From NCBI GenBank assembly GCA_963422375.2, contig OY729427.2, forward strand, positions 352,001 to 416,000: a DNA stretch of 64,000 nt, written 5' to 3'. Within the stretch, counting starts at the first letter, position 1. Every line of letters starts with the position of its first letter. Shown here in pieces: positions 20,830-31,324 of this stretch. The DNA comes from Bryobacterales bacterium (GTDB lineage: Bacteria; Acidobacteriota; Terriglobia; Bryobacterales; UBA6623). Made by a program: the position numbers and the translations under genes. Under the pieces are notes generated by a model. That model searched no databases and was not told the origin of the DNA. It was given only the letters and a program-made list of their open reading frames with translations.

Positions 20830-22367
20830 ATGCGATCACTCGCCTGCTCGATCCTCATTGCCCTCGGGGCTCTCGCAGGAACGGCAGACGCCGGGGACTG
20901 GCCGACTTTCGGGCACGATCCCCAGCGAAGCGGGTGGGCCCGCAGCGAGCGGACGCTCAGCGTCGAGACCGTCCCCTCGCTCGAGTTGAAATGGAAGGCC
21001 CAGTTCAACAACAGTGCGTCCCTGCTTGGCGCTCTCACGGCCCCCATCGTCGCCGTCGGGGTGACCACGCAGGGCGGCATTCAGGACGTGGTGTTCGTGG
21101 CGGGCAGGGAAGGCGGCGTCTTCGCGCTCGCCGCCGACAGCGGCGCCCTCCTCTGGGAGTGGGCGCCCGTGCGGTACGGACTCCCTGCCGACGCTCGGCT
21201 GCAAGGCAGCGTCTACTGCCCCAACGGTGTGAACGCCACGCCGACATTCGACAAGCGCACGGGCATCCTGTACACCCTGGCCGAGAGCGGAGCCCTGTAC
21301 GGGCTGGACATGGGCAGCGGGACGGTGCGGTTCGGACCCGTGCAGTTCGTCGCACCCTTCGCGAAGGCCTGGAGCCTCAACCTCGTCTCAGACAAGATCT
21401 ACACGACGCTGGCGCAGGGCTGCGGCGGGGCCCTTTCGGGCATCTACTCCATGGACATCGGCGACCGGCATCGCCCGGTAGTGCGGCAGATCTTGCTCTC
21501 CACTACCATCACCGGCGGGATCTGGGGCAGGGGCGGCCCGATCATCGGCCAGAACGGGAGAGTCTACGGATCGACGGGCCCTTCGATCCTCGCGCCAGCG
21601 ACTACTCGAATAGCGTGGTCGCGGCAACGGTCGACACTCTCGAGCTGGTGGACCACTTCGTGCCCCGGAACCACTGGGATCTGTGCAGGCTGGATCTCGA
21701 CTTCGGCTCGGCCAGCCCGGTTTGGTTCGGGTGGGAGAGGTACCATCTGCTCGCATCGGGGGCCAAGGAGCGCGTCCTGTACCTGCCCGACGCCGACTCG
21801 CTGGGCGGCAAGGACCACCAGACGCCTCTGCTCGAGGGGGTGCGGCTCGGGAACGACCCGCAGTCCCTAACGTCGCACGGTATCTGGGGAGGCCTCTCGC
21901 CTTGGCAGGACGACGAGGGACGGCGCTGGCTCTACGTGCTGATGTACGGGCCTCCGTCGGAGTCCGTGCCCGATTTCCCGATCCGGTACGGATCCGCGCC
22001 GGACGGCAGCGTGATGGCCTTCGAGGTAGTGGCCGACGAGGGCACGGGCAAGCCCCTGCTCGAGCCCAAGTGGATCTCGCAGAACTTCAAGGTGCCGGAG
22101 CCGGTAGCGCTGGCAAACGGGATTGCCTTCGTGCTCGCTAACGGAGAGAATCCGAACCAGAGGGACTCGGTGCAGGAGCGGCAGACCAGGAACAACGAAC
22201 CGGCGGTGCTCTACGCCTTGGACGCGCGGACCGGCAGGGAACTCTACAACAGCGGCGACTCGATCGGAACGTGGGTCCATTTCAGCGGGATCGCCATTGC
22301 GGAGGGCCGGATCTACACGGTCGACTACGACTCCGCAGTGTATTCCTTCGGACTGCGCGGCAAATGA
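20830..22367 (+). pseudogene. PQQ-binding-like beta-propeller protein, frameshifted near 21575
   Basis: Signal peptide plus DWPTFGHDPQRSGW; coherent protein switches from ...GRVYGST to DGPFDP...LYALDARTG...YSFGL in another frame. Confidence 0.8.
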
Positions 22368-22492
22368 AGTCCTGGGTCCAAGGTCGCAGCCGCCCACCAC
22401 TCGAGACGCGCTCGCCTGGCGCGAGAGGTCGGGCGCGGAGCAGCAACGTGCTGGCGGACGCTGCGAATGCGGCACTTTCCCGATTTTCGAAC

Positions 22493-22520
22493 TTGGATTT
22501 CCGCTAAGCGCGACTATAAT
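22493..22520 (+). promoter_or_regulatory. Sigma70-like promoter for cas2/cas4-cas1
   Basis: TTGGAT-N16-TATAAT upstream of the cas2 start. Confidence 0.55.
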
Positions 22521-22534
22521 GAGACCGGTTGTAG

Positions 22535-22834
<300 letters not shown>

Positions 22835-23031
22835 GACCTCGGAGCGGGACGAATGACAAGGAAGCCCGTCGGGCAGCACAGGCATGGCGCTCGACTAACG
22901 GCTGGCAGGCGGGGCGCAACCGGAAGACCCTGCGGGCGAGCCAAGAATTCGAGGCGAGGGCTTCCGCCGCTCTCCGACGCATCGAAGGCTCGCACCGGGA
23001 GCGGGACTGACCCCTCCACGGGCCGGGACGC

Positions 23032-24819
23032 ATGTTCATGAGCACGGCATTGGCAGTGCCGGTCGATGGCCGGACCGAACGGGAGCTTCCGGACTACCTG
23101 CCAGCCCGCATGATCAACGAGTACGCGTACTGTCCCAGGCTCTTCTACTACGAGCAGGTCGAGAGCGTCTTCGTGCATAACGAGCACACGGCAACAGGGG
23201 CCGCCCAGCACAAGCGGGTTGACCGGGAGGGCAAGAGCGCTCCCAAGCCAGACGGCCCCACCGACGAGCCGGTGACGGTAACTTCGATCACGCTGGCCTC
23301 GGACGAGTACCGAGTGATAGCGAAGCTTGACCTAGCTGAATTCAAGGATGGGCGAGCCACACCCGTGGACTACAAGAAGGGCCGACCGATGCGCACGGAT
23401 GATGGGCTAGGAGCGTGGCCCAGTGACCGGGTCCAGCTGGCCGTCCAGGCGATCGTCCTCAGGGCGAACGGGTATCGCTGCGAGGAAGGAGTTCTCTTCT
23501 ACCAGCAGACTCGCCAGCGCGTGAGACTGACCTTCGACGATGACGTGATGCGGGAGGCCAGGACCGCCATCGAGGGCGCATGGGCGACCGCAGCGTCGCC
23601 AGTGATTCCACCCCCTCTCGTGGATTCCCCAAAGTGCCCCGGCTGCTCTCTGGTAGGGATTTGCATGCCTGACGAAACAACGCACGTCCTGGAGTCGCCC
23701 GGCGAAGATACTGCCCTGCAATACAATCTGTTCGAACCGGAGGCACCCACGCCGAAGAAGGGACCGCAGCGCGAGACGCGCTTGCTGGTCGCTCCCCGCG
23801 TGGACCTGCGTCCGCTGTACCTCAACACACATGGGCTACGCGTGGGCAAGTCGGGAGACGTCCTCAAGATCAAGGAGCGCGACAGGATCATTCAGGAAGT
23901 TCGGATTCACGAGACTTGTCAAGTCAATTTGATGGGAAATATTCAGATCACAACACAGGCAGTTCAACGACTCTGCGAGCTAGAGAAGCCAATTTGCTAT
24001 TTCTCGATGGGCGGATGGTTCTACGGAATTACGACGGGTATGAACACGAAGAATGTGATGCTTCGGAAGGCGCAGTTCGTACTCGCCGACCAGCCATGGT
24101 TTTGTCTGCGAGTTTCGTCGGCGTTGATAGCGGGAAAAATCCGTAATCAAAGAACAATGCTTCTTCGGAATCACATTGAACCGGACCCGCTTGCCATGCG
24201 AGAAATGAAGCGCCTCATTGGTAGCGCAGAAAGAGCCAGAAGCCTAGATGAGATTCTAGGTATCGAGGGATATGCAGCAAAGATCTATTTCGGAGAACTT
24301 TCTGGAATGATAAAGCAAGATCACCAGACTTCTGAGGACGAAATTCTTCAGTTTAATTTCGCTACCAGGAACCGTCGTCCCCCACGTGATCCAATCAATG
24401 CCTTACTTTCATTCGGATACAGCCTCTTGGCCAAGGATTTTACGATCTCGTGCTACGCAGTGGGATTCGACCCAATGATTGGATTCTTCCATCAGCCTCG
24501 GCACGGCCGACCTGCCCTTGCCTTGGACCTGATGGAGCCGTTGCGCCCTCTAATCGCGGACTCCGCCGTACTGAGCGCCGTGAACACTCGAATGGTCACG
24601 GAAGGGGACTTCGTCAGGGCCGGAAAGGCCGTGTCCCTGACGGCGAAAGGACGGAAGAACTTCCTGCGAGCATACGAGGCGAGAATGGACTCCCTCGTGA
24701 CTCACTCTCTCTTCGACTACCGAGTCACGTATCGGAGGCTGCTAGAAATTCAAGCGAGGCTGCTCGGGAAGGTCATTGAAGGGGAGTTGCCTGACTACCC
24801 GGTCTTTTGCACGCGATGA
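23032..24819 (+). CDS. cas4/cas1: Cas4-Cas1 fusion (type I-G/I-U style)
   Basis: Cas4: YCPRLFYY, KLD, DYKKG, QLAVQ, CPGCSLVGIC. Cas1: KIRNQRTML, GIEG, RNRRPPRDPINALLSFGY, FFHQPR, ALDLMEPLRP. Confidence 0.95.
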   Translation: MFMSTALAVPVDGRTERELPDYLPARMINEYAYCPRLFYYEQVESVFVHNEHTATGAAQHKRVDREGKSAPKPDGPTDEPVTVTSITLASDEYRVIAKLDLAEFKDGRATPVDYKKGRPMRTDDGLGAWPSDRVQLAVQAIVLRANGYRCEEGVLFYQQTRQRVRLTFDDDVMREARTAIEGAWATAASPVIPPPLVDSPKCPGCSLVGICMPDETTHVLESPGEDTALQYNLFEPEAPTPKKGPQRETRLLVAPRVDLRPLYLNTHGLRVGKSGDVLKIKERDRIIQEVRIHETCQVNLMGNIQITTQAVQRLCELEKPICYFSMGGWFYGITTGMNTKNVMLRKAQFVLADQPWFCLRVSSALIAGKIRNQRTMLLRNHIEPDPLAMREMKRLIGSAERARSLDEILGIEGYAAKIYFGELSGMIKQDHQTSEDEILQFNFATRNRRPPRDPINALLSFGYSLLAKDFTISCYAVGFDPMIGFFHQPRHGRPALALDLMEPLRPLIADSAVLSAVNTRMVTEGDFVRAGKAVSLTAKGRKNFLRAYEARMDSLVTHSLFDYRVTYRRLLEIQARLLGKVIEGELPDYPVFCTR

Positions 24820-25424
24820 GAGACCCATGAAGCAGATCACTCCTGAATGCGCGGAATCATGCCAACTCCTGTCCGAGCTAAGTGACGCAGCGATCTACTT
24901 CGCCACCGACACCGAAGTGCGGTGACAGCCGTCCGGACTGACAGACCGCTGAGGAATCTCGTTACGACCTGCCATGCCGGCTCTTGGGATGCAACGACAC
25001 GAACACCTATGCTTCTCACCTAGGGCTGTCTCAAGCCTTCCGAGCGTGATGCTCCAGAATTCGTTTGCTCCCCGAAGAAACTTCTTGTTCCACGGCGACC
25101 GCCGATGCCTGCGAGTGGGATCAATGTCCCATTCCAGATGTGATCCATTCGGGACTCCCATGCGCGGTCAGCCGGCGACCGCCTCGCCGACCGCCTGTCG
25201 AGCGTGGCCGGAACTATACTGTTGAAGTGGTCTCGCAGACCCTAGGATCGGCAACTCGAAGATTGCGAATGGTCGATTGCTCGCGCGCTTCGTCTGGAAA
25301 CGCTCCCGTCCGCTGCACTCACAGGGGCAGGCATTCATGCGACATGCGAATCCAACGACCGCCGACCCATAGTCGATCCTGTGGATCGCGCTGCCCGGAA
25401 CGTGCCCGGCTGAATTCGGCTCGA

Positions 25425-25850
25425 GTCGCCGAGGGCGCGGTGAATCGAAACACCTCCAGCTGCACGTCCCACGTCTGGCGCTCATTGAAGTGCGGCACCG
25501 TCTGCTCCACCGCGGTGCCCGCTGTCGGGCAATGGTGCCCCCGCACCCGAAGTCGGGACACCCAGTTCCTCTTCCCCAGGTTCGGGAACTCGTCCTGCAA
25601 GCGCCTCGATGATCGCGCCTCTACACACTGCATCGGCTTCGGCGGTGCCGACGCCGGATGCAGACTCGATCCGGCGACACCGCCCCGCGCATGACCTGCA
25701 CCTCGCGCGTCCGCCACACCTGGCGGATCAGGTCCCACGCCATCACCCTCGCATCTCCGCTCAACAGCTCGAAGCGCTACTTCGTGAACCATATCAAGTC
25801 GTACTCCACGTCGCACTTCGCGTGCCCGCCCATGTGGTACACCGTCTCGC
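25425..25850 (-). mobile_element. tnpA: Degraded IS200/IS605-family TnpA (Y1 transposase) relic
   Basis: Across frames: GHAKCDVEYDLIWFTK*RF...DLIRQV...RGAVSPDRVC, ARSSRRLQDEFPNLGKRNW...RG; internal stop, frameshift, HuH motif lost. Confidence 0.75.
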
Positions 25851-25976
25851 CCACAGTCGAGTCCCAGTCCGGAACGAGCCGTCGAATCCGAACCGACTGA
25901 CAGGCGGTGGCAGCGCAGGCAGCCATTCACCACCTCGAGTGAGACGGGGTATGACGCGCATCGGGCAGAATTCAGG

Positions 25977-26281
25977 TTGACTCGCAGCAAGCCGATGTGC
26001 TACAGTCTTGTTTCTGGGCGGGAGGTGCGCTTTCGTAGCGGACTTCGGATGCGTCGCCTATCAAGGCAGAGTCAGCTAGCGGAACACCGGCAGACAGATC
26101 GACTGCGAGAGGCGAGGCGATGCGGAATCCCCCTTGACCGCTCGCATGGACTTATGTACAGTGATTACAGGACGTTGAGTTCCGGCGAACGTAGCGAGCA
26201 GAGCCTACCCCTTGGTTGAGCCGTCGCTGCTCGCAACAACCTGCCTAGATCATTGAAATCCAAAGAGTTAGCGAGCATGGC
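25977..26281 (+). promoter_or_regulatory. CRISPR leader
   Basis: TTGACT-N18-TACAGT (25977-26006) and TTGACC-N17-TACAGT (26134-26162); inverted repeats TGCGAG/CTCGCA and GCGAGCAG/CTGCTCGC; IHF-like sites near 26162-26178 and 26255-26270; adjacent to the non-degenerate end of the array. Confidence 0.75.
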
Positions 26282-28516
26282 GTCTCCCCGGCCGCAAGGC
26301 CGGGGCCTCATTGAAGCCAGGTCTCCAAGGACACCCCCGTGGTGTCCCACGTCGTCTCCCCGGCCGCAAGGCCGGGGCCTCATTGAAGCTGGGGCACGTA
26401 AACCCTCTACCCATAGCGTAACAGGGCGTCTCCCCGGCCGCAAGGCCGGGGCCTCATTGAAGCCACGTGCGGGGGCCGATGCAGGGCGACGGCCTGCTGG
26501 GCTCGTCTCCCCGGCCGCAAGGCCGGGGCCTCATTGAAGCGTACTAGGCTCGCGATAACGTACCATCCGTGGATCGCTGTCTCCCCGGCCGCAAGGCCGG
26601 GGCCTCATTGAAGCCAGGGCGGTTCCGTGCCCGTGATGCTCCAGCGCACGGGTCTCCCCGGCCGCAAGGCCGGGGCCTCATTGAAGCGTAATAGTCGCCG
26701 GGAGCAACGACCTCGCTGCTCTCGAGTCTCCCCGGCCGCAAGGCCGGGGCCTCATTGAAGCGACTACTGGGAGTGCGTGGTGGAGCATCTCGAGCTGTCT
26801 CCCCGGCCGCAAGGCCGGGGCCTCATTGAAGCGACCGCCGGATCGTGCTCGCGTCAGAGCACGAATACGAGCGTCTCCCCGGCCGCAAGGCCGGGGCCTC
26901 ATTGAAGCGCCGCCGCGTTGCGCGGCCTGAATATCGCCGTCGCCGTCTCCCCGGCCGCAAGGCCGGGGCCTCATTGAAGCCAATCAACTGATTACGTCAT
27001 GCAGCCCGGGCCCGGTCGTCTCCCCGGCCGCAAGGCCGGGGCCTCATTGAAGCATGAGCAGGACTGCTTGCCCCTCGGTCATGTCGGTGTCTCCCCGGCC
27101 GCAAGGCCGGGGCCTCATTGAAGCATCCGTCCACCCTGTGGGTGGACAGACACCGGGGCGTTCGTCTCCCCGGCCGCAAGGCCGGGGCCTCATTGAAGCT
27201 TTTCAAATATTTCCTAGTGTCATCGGTTTTTCCGGCGTCTCCCCGGCCGCAAGGCCGGGGCCTCATTGAAGCCTAGACTATTTTTCAGTCGTGCCGACAC
27301 TACGTATGTCGTCTCCCCGGCCGCAAGGCCGGGGCCTCATTGAAGCGGGATAGGTCATGGTGTCTCCTCCTGGCCGGCGCGGTCTCCCCGGCCGCAAGGC
27401 CGGGGCCTCATTGAAGCCAGCTGCGAGCCCGCGGGATAGCCCGTGCCGGGCCGTCTCCCCGGCCGCAAGGCCGGGGCCTCATTGAAGCTGGTTCGAGCGC
27501 CTGAAGGAGCTGCGGGTCCAGCGCGGTCTCCCCGGCCGCAAGGCCGGGGCCTCATTGAAGCTACATCCGGGTGCCTCCGCCGGAGATGGTCCGCCCATCG
27601 TCTCCCCGGCCGCAAGGCCGGGGCCTCATTGAAGCAACCACCTCGCGCCGCTTCGTCCACCCCGCGCCTCTGGTCTCCCCGGCCGCAAGGCCGGGGCCTC
27701 ATTGAAGCCTGGCAGCTCGTGCCCGGTAATCACCAGGCCTACCGTCTCCCCGGCCGCAAGGCCGGGGCCTCATTGAAGCGTTTCGGCGTACAGCTCCTCC
27801 AGGCGCTTGACCTGCAGCGTCTCCCCGGCCGCAAGGCCGGGGCCTCATTGAAGCCATCGCGACGCGCTCGAGAAATTGGCCAAGATCAAGGAGTCTCCCC
27901 GGCCGCAAGGCCGGGGCCTCATTGAAGCATCAAATCCGGCCTGATAGTAACGACCTGCTTGGGCCGTCTCCCCGGCCGCAAGGCCGGGGCCTCATTGAAG
28001 CCCTGCGTAGATCGCGTCTAGCAGAGGCTTGCGGATCATGTCTCCCCGGCCGCAAGGCCGGGGCCTCATTGAAGCAGGCTTAGATCGACTTCTTCCGTCA
28101 TATCGGAGGAGTCTCCCCGGCCGCAAGGCCGGGGCCTCATTGAAGCGCGGTGCTGGCATAGGTGCGCGTAACGCGCACCACCTGGTCTCCCCGGCCGCAA
28201 GGCCGGGGCCTCATTGAAGCTCGCAGCTGCTGCGGGGCGACGTGCGGGCGCGGACCGAGTCTCCCCGGCCGCAAGGCCGGGGCCTCATTGAAGCTCGACC
28301 TCGGGCATTTCGATCCACTGAGCGTACCCCAGTCTCCCCGGCCGCAAGGCCGGGGCCTCATTGAAGCGGCCTGAATGGAGTACGTAGGGATGGACGCTTT
28401 CGCGTCTCCCCGGCCGCAAGGCCGGGCCCTCATTGAAGCCGAATTCTAACCTCCTGCTTAGCGTCCGACGCGTATAGGCGGTCTCCCCGGCCGCAAGGCC
28501 GGGCCCTCATTGAAGT
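26282..28516 (+). CRISPR. CRISPR array: 31 repeats (36 bp, GTCTCCCCGGCCGCAAGGCCGGGGCCTCATTGAAGC), 30 spacers of 35-41 bp
   Basis: Counted by hand; 8-bp stem CCCCGGCC-GCAA-GGCCGGGG; 3' end ATTGAAGC; the last two repeats (28404, 28481) carry variants, which sets the orientation as +. Confidence 0.99.
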
Positions 28517-28806
28517 CGCGACCCAGCTTGGCGGCAAGGGCAGACTGCAGTCTGGAGTGCAAGCGTTGGGCGAAACGAGTTTCTTGGCCCACAACCGTGC
28601 GACTGTCAAGGCAAGTTGCCGCCGAGGATACTGTGCAGCAGGCGCATCTGCCATCGGAAGGGCGGGAATGTGAGTTCGCCGCCAGCCGTCGAATCGGCGC
28701 AGCGCTTAGCCAAGTCGCTGGCCCTGCTGCGTGGAACAGTCAATTCTTCGGCAGGCTCTGAACCATGGGCGCACGGACCCCGGCCATCCGCAGAAGCATC
28801 GTTGTC

Positions 28807-30132
28807 CTATCCAGCTACATCAAGGCTCTTAAATCGGTCGCCGCTAGCAAGCGTGACAGCCGACGGCGGCTCGCGGGGAAGCTGCCAGAGCTCCGGCCTC
28901 AATCCAGCGTCCCGTGCGACAGACTGCAAGACTGGCAGGAAGCTCTCCTCAATCCAAGTCTCGAATTTCCTCCACGAGTCACGGCTGACCGGCTTGTATC
29001 CGTGGGCTAGGATCGAGGAATTCCGAATCTCCAGAATATCAATCATTCTAGCACGGTGATCAACATAGAAATCCTTCAGCGGACCTTCGAGATTCTCCGC
29101 GACGACATGCCAAGCACTGGACAGGCCGATCCGCGTCGTGCTGTCCTCGCCGACCGGCGTAGCCACTCCGAGCGGCAGCCTGTCGACAGGAAACGTTGCC
29201 GTATCAAGACCGAGCCTCGTCTTCAACTGCCATTGCGCAGTCCATTCGAGGAGTCGGTAGACCCTGGCGACTGCATCGTCGAAGCGGCCCTGGGCCGCCC
29301 GGCGCCGTGCGTTCAGCCAGAGATCAAAAAGCCTGGCGGGTTCGGACTTGTCTGAATCGCCACCGCTGAGAAGATTAAGGAGGGGCAGCAGATTCGGATA
29401 TGCTTCCATCACATATTTTCCGTATCCATTGAGCCTCCGCAGGGCTTCCTTGTGGTCAAATGCGTCCCACAACGCGAAGGCATGGCTTAGCGCACGAGCA
29501 AGCGAGAGCCGAACCAAGTCGGGTGAATCAGTGCCAATGCAAATCGCATCGAGCCCTTCCGCCGCTTCCCCGTAGGCGAATTGATTCCAAGCTTGCAGGC
29601 AGGACCTCATCGCGCGATTCAGCCGCAAACGCTCGACGCTCGTGCGCATTGCCTGTTCCGTGCCGTCGCGGACCCGGTCAAGGTCCAGCCTCGGACCGGT
29701 CACGAGTTGAAGCTCGATTTGATCGGAATCCAGACTGGCGCAGACGAGCGCGGCAGTCATGGTCTTTGTCCCTCCGGTGTAGTCGGCCACGAAGCGGGCA
29801 CCTGGGAATCGCACGCATAGGTCCGCAATGGCCGCCTGCATCGCGGAGAATGCGGCCTGCAAGTCGTCTGCCGCTACCACCCTAGCCTCGAACCGCTCGC
29901 GCACAAGTCCGGCTTGGACAGGAATGCTCGGAAGGCTCGGGCGCGGGTCATCGCGACCGGCCCGAATCACATTGCCGCTACCGGTGACCTGATCCTTCGA
30001 ACCGTGACGGCCCGACACTGGGTCCCGGCCAGTGCAAAAGAAACAAACGTGGTCGGGCGAGTTCACTCGGATTGCCTTGAGCACCGGCTGGTGGCTGCCG
30101 CCCACCGTGCAGAGCAGGACTGTCTCGGGCAT
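28807..30132 (-). CDS. CRISPR-associated CARF-HEPN protein (TIGR02710-like)
   Basis: LCTVGGS, ADYTGGTKTMTAAL (CARF), DDAVARVYRLLE, RNSSILAHG (HEPN). Confidence 0.88.
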   Translation of the reverse strand: MPETVLLCTVGGSHQPVLKAIRVNSPDHVCFFCTGRDPVSGRHGSKDQVTGSGNVIRAGRDDPRPSLPSIPVQAGLVRERFEARVVAADDLQAAFSAMQAAIADLCVRFPGARFVADYTGGTKTMTAALVCASLDSDQIELQLVTGPRLDLDRVRDGTEQAMRTSVERLRLNRAMRSCLQAWNQFAYGEAAEGLDAICIGTDSPDLVRLSLARALSHAFALWDAFDHKEALRRLNGYGKYVMEAYPNLLPLLNLLSGGDSDKSEPARLFDLWLNARRRAAQGRFDDAVARVYRLLEWTAQWQLKTRLGLDTATFPVDRLPLGVATPVGEDSTTRIGLSSAWHVVAENLEGPLKDFYVDHRARMIDILEIRNSSILAHGYKPVSRDSWRKFETWIEESFLPVLQSVARDAGLRPELWQLPREPPSAVTLASGDRFKSLDVAG

Positions 30133-30265
30133 GTACTAGGTCGCCCCCTTTCAGCGTCGGCCGACCGGCATGCAGTATGCCGAGGCGTCCCGTCCCGGTG
30201 TCACCGAACGCCACCACTCCTGGTGACTCGCACGCGAGGCACTTTCCGGCCTCTCTATTCGTCCG

Positions 30266-31324
30266 TTAGGCTTTGCCATCCGCTTCGTACTCCCGATAGA
30301 TCCGCCTTGCCTGCCGTGCAGTTTTTGGCAGTCTCAGAGCCTCCCAAGCGCCGTCCGCCGTCCAGCGTCGGCGCAGGTCCTGGAATGCGGCATCCTTGAG
30401 CTGCGGATCGCCGATCCTACTCCAAGCGTCTGCCAGCACCTTGCTCTTGAGCGAGGATCCTTGGATGTGGTGCCGTGCTTCTACTTCCTTCATCGTGGCA
30501 TCCACCCAGTCGCAGCGACTGACAGCGCCGGAGCCAAGTGCCTTTTCGAATCGGCCATATCCGGCGCGAGTCTTCGCGCCGACGCCCCGTTGGACCAGCG
30601 CCTCAACCAGCATGCCCTCCGCGACATCAAGCCACTCTCTCGTCCCCTGCAGGACGAACCGGAACTCGCCCCGCAACGCGATCTGTGCGTTTGGCATGGG
30701 ACTGTCGAAGTCCGTCGCACGAACGTTCCCTTCCCCACCATAGTAGCAGACATGGTGAGGCGTCACGACTTCGCGGACAAACGGGCCACCGTCCGCAGAC
30801 GGCACCCACCAAGCATCGTGAATCGTGACCAAGCCGGCCAGCCCCCCCTGTGCAGCCTCGCTAGCGGGAGCACCGAAAACCTCGTCGCAGATCCCCCGGT
30901 CGGCAGCACTCAGAACTTTCCGGGCATACGCATTGACCGCTCCCTTCACGCTTGACCCTGGGATATAAGGCGCGCCCCGGCTGTGGCTTATCGCGCAGCC
31001 CGTCTCGAGGATCCCGTCGCCAGCCAGTCCAATGAAGAGTCGGCTCCTAAGCTTCAGCTGAATGGATCGAAACTGCTGGCCATCCGATGTGGCGTTCGTC
31101 CAGCGGGCGTACAGGCGACGATAGAACGCTCCGGGCCTTGTCTCGCAAACCAAGTTTAGGTGTCTAGCCTTGACTTGGTCTGAACTCCTACAATGCTCGG
31201 CGAGGCCTCGCTGCAATAGCAAGCCCGGATGGGGATCGTGGCAAACCGAGTGCTCGCACAGTTGCTCGTACAGTCTGCTTAGGGAAGACCGCATCAGTTT
31301 AGTTGTCATATCTCGCCTCGTCAT
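30266..31324 (-). CDS. cmr6: Type III-B RAMP Cmr6
   Basis: HPGLLLQRG, RLFIGL, PYIPGSSVKG, HDAWW, VVTPHH, GVGAKTRAGYG; start may be 31309. Confidence 0.93.
   Translation of the reverse strand: MTRRDMTTKLMRSSLSRLYEQLCEHSVCHDPHPGLLLQRGLAEHCRSSDQVKARHLNLVCETRPGAFYRRLYARWTNATSDGQQFRSIQLKLRSRLFIGLAGDGILETGCAISHSRGAPYIPGSSVKGAVNAYARKVLSAADRGICDEVFGAPASEAAQGGLAGLVTIHDAWWVPSADGGPFVREVVTPHHVCYYGGEGNVRATDFDSPMPNAQIALRGEFRFVLQGTREWLDVAEGMLVEALVQRGVGAKTRAGYGRFEKALGSGAVSRCDWVDATMKEVEARHHIQGSSLKSKVLADAWSRIGDPQLKDAAFQDLRRRWTADGAWEALRLPKTARQARRIYREYEADGKA

Noticed and set aside
25020..25245. Possible third MITE bounded by CTAG...CTAG
   Set aside because: Ends match over only a few bases (GGCTG vs GGTCTG) and no empty site can be tested
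26318..28480. Self-targeting or duplicated spacers
   Set aside because: None noticed by eye within the window; not an exhaustive search
26165..28654. Numerous short ORFs over the CRISPR array
   Set aside because: Translations of repeats and spacers, not genes
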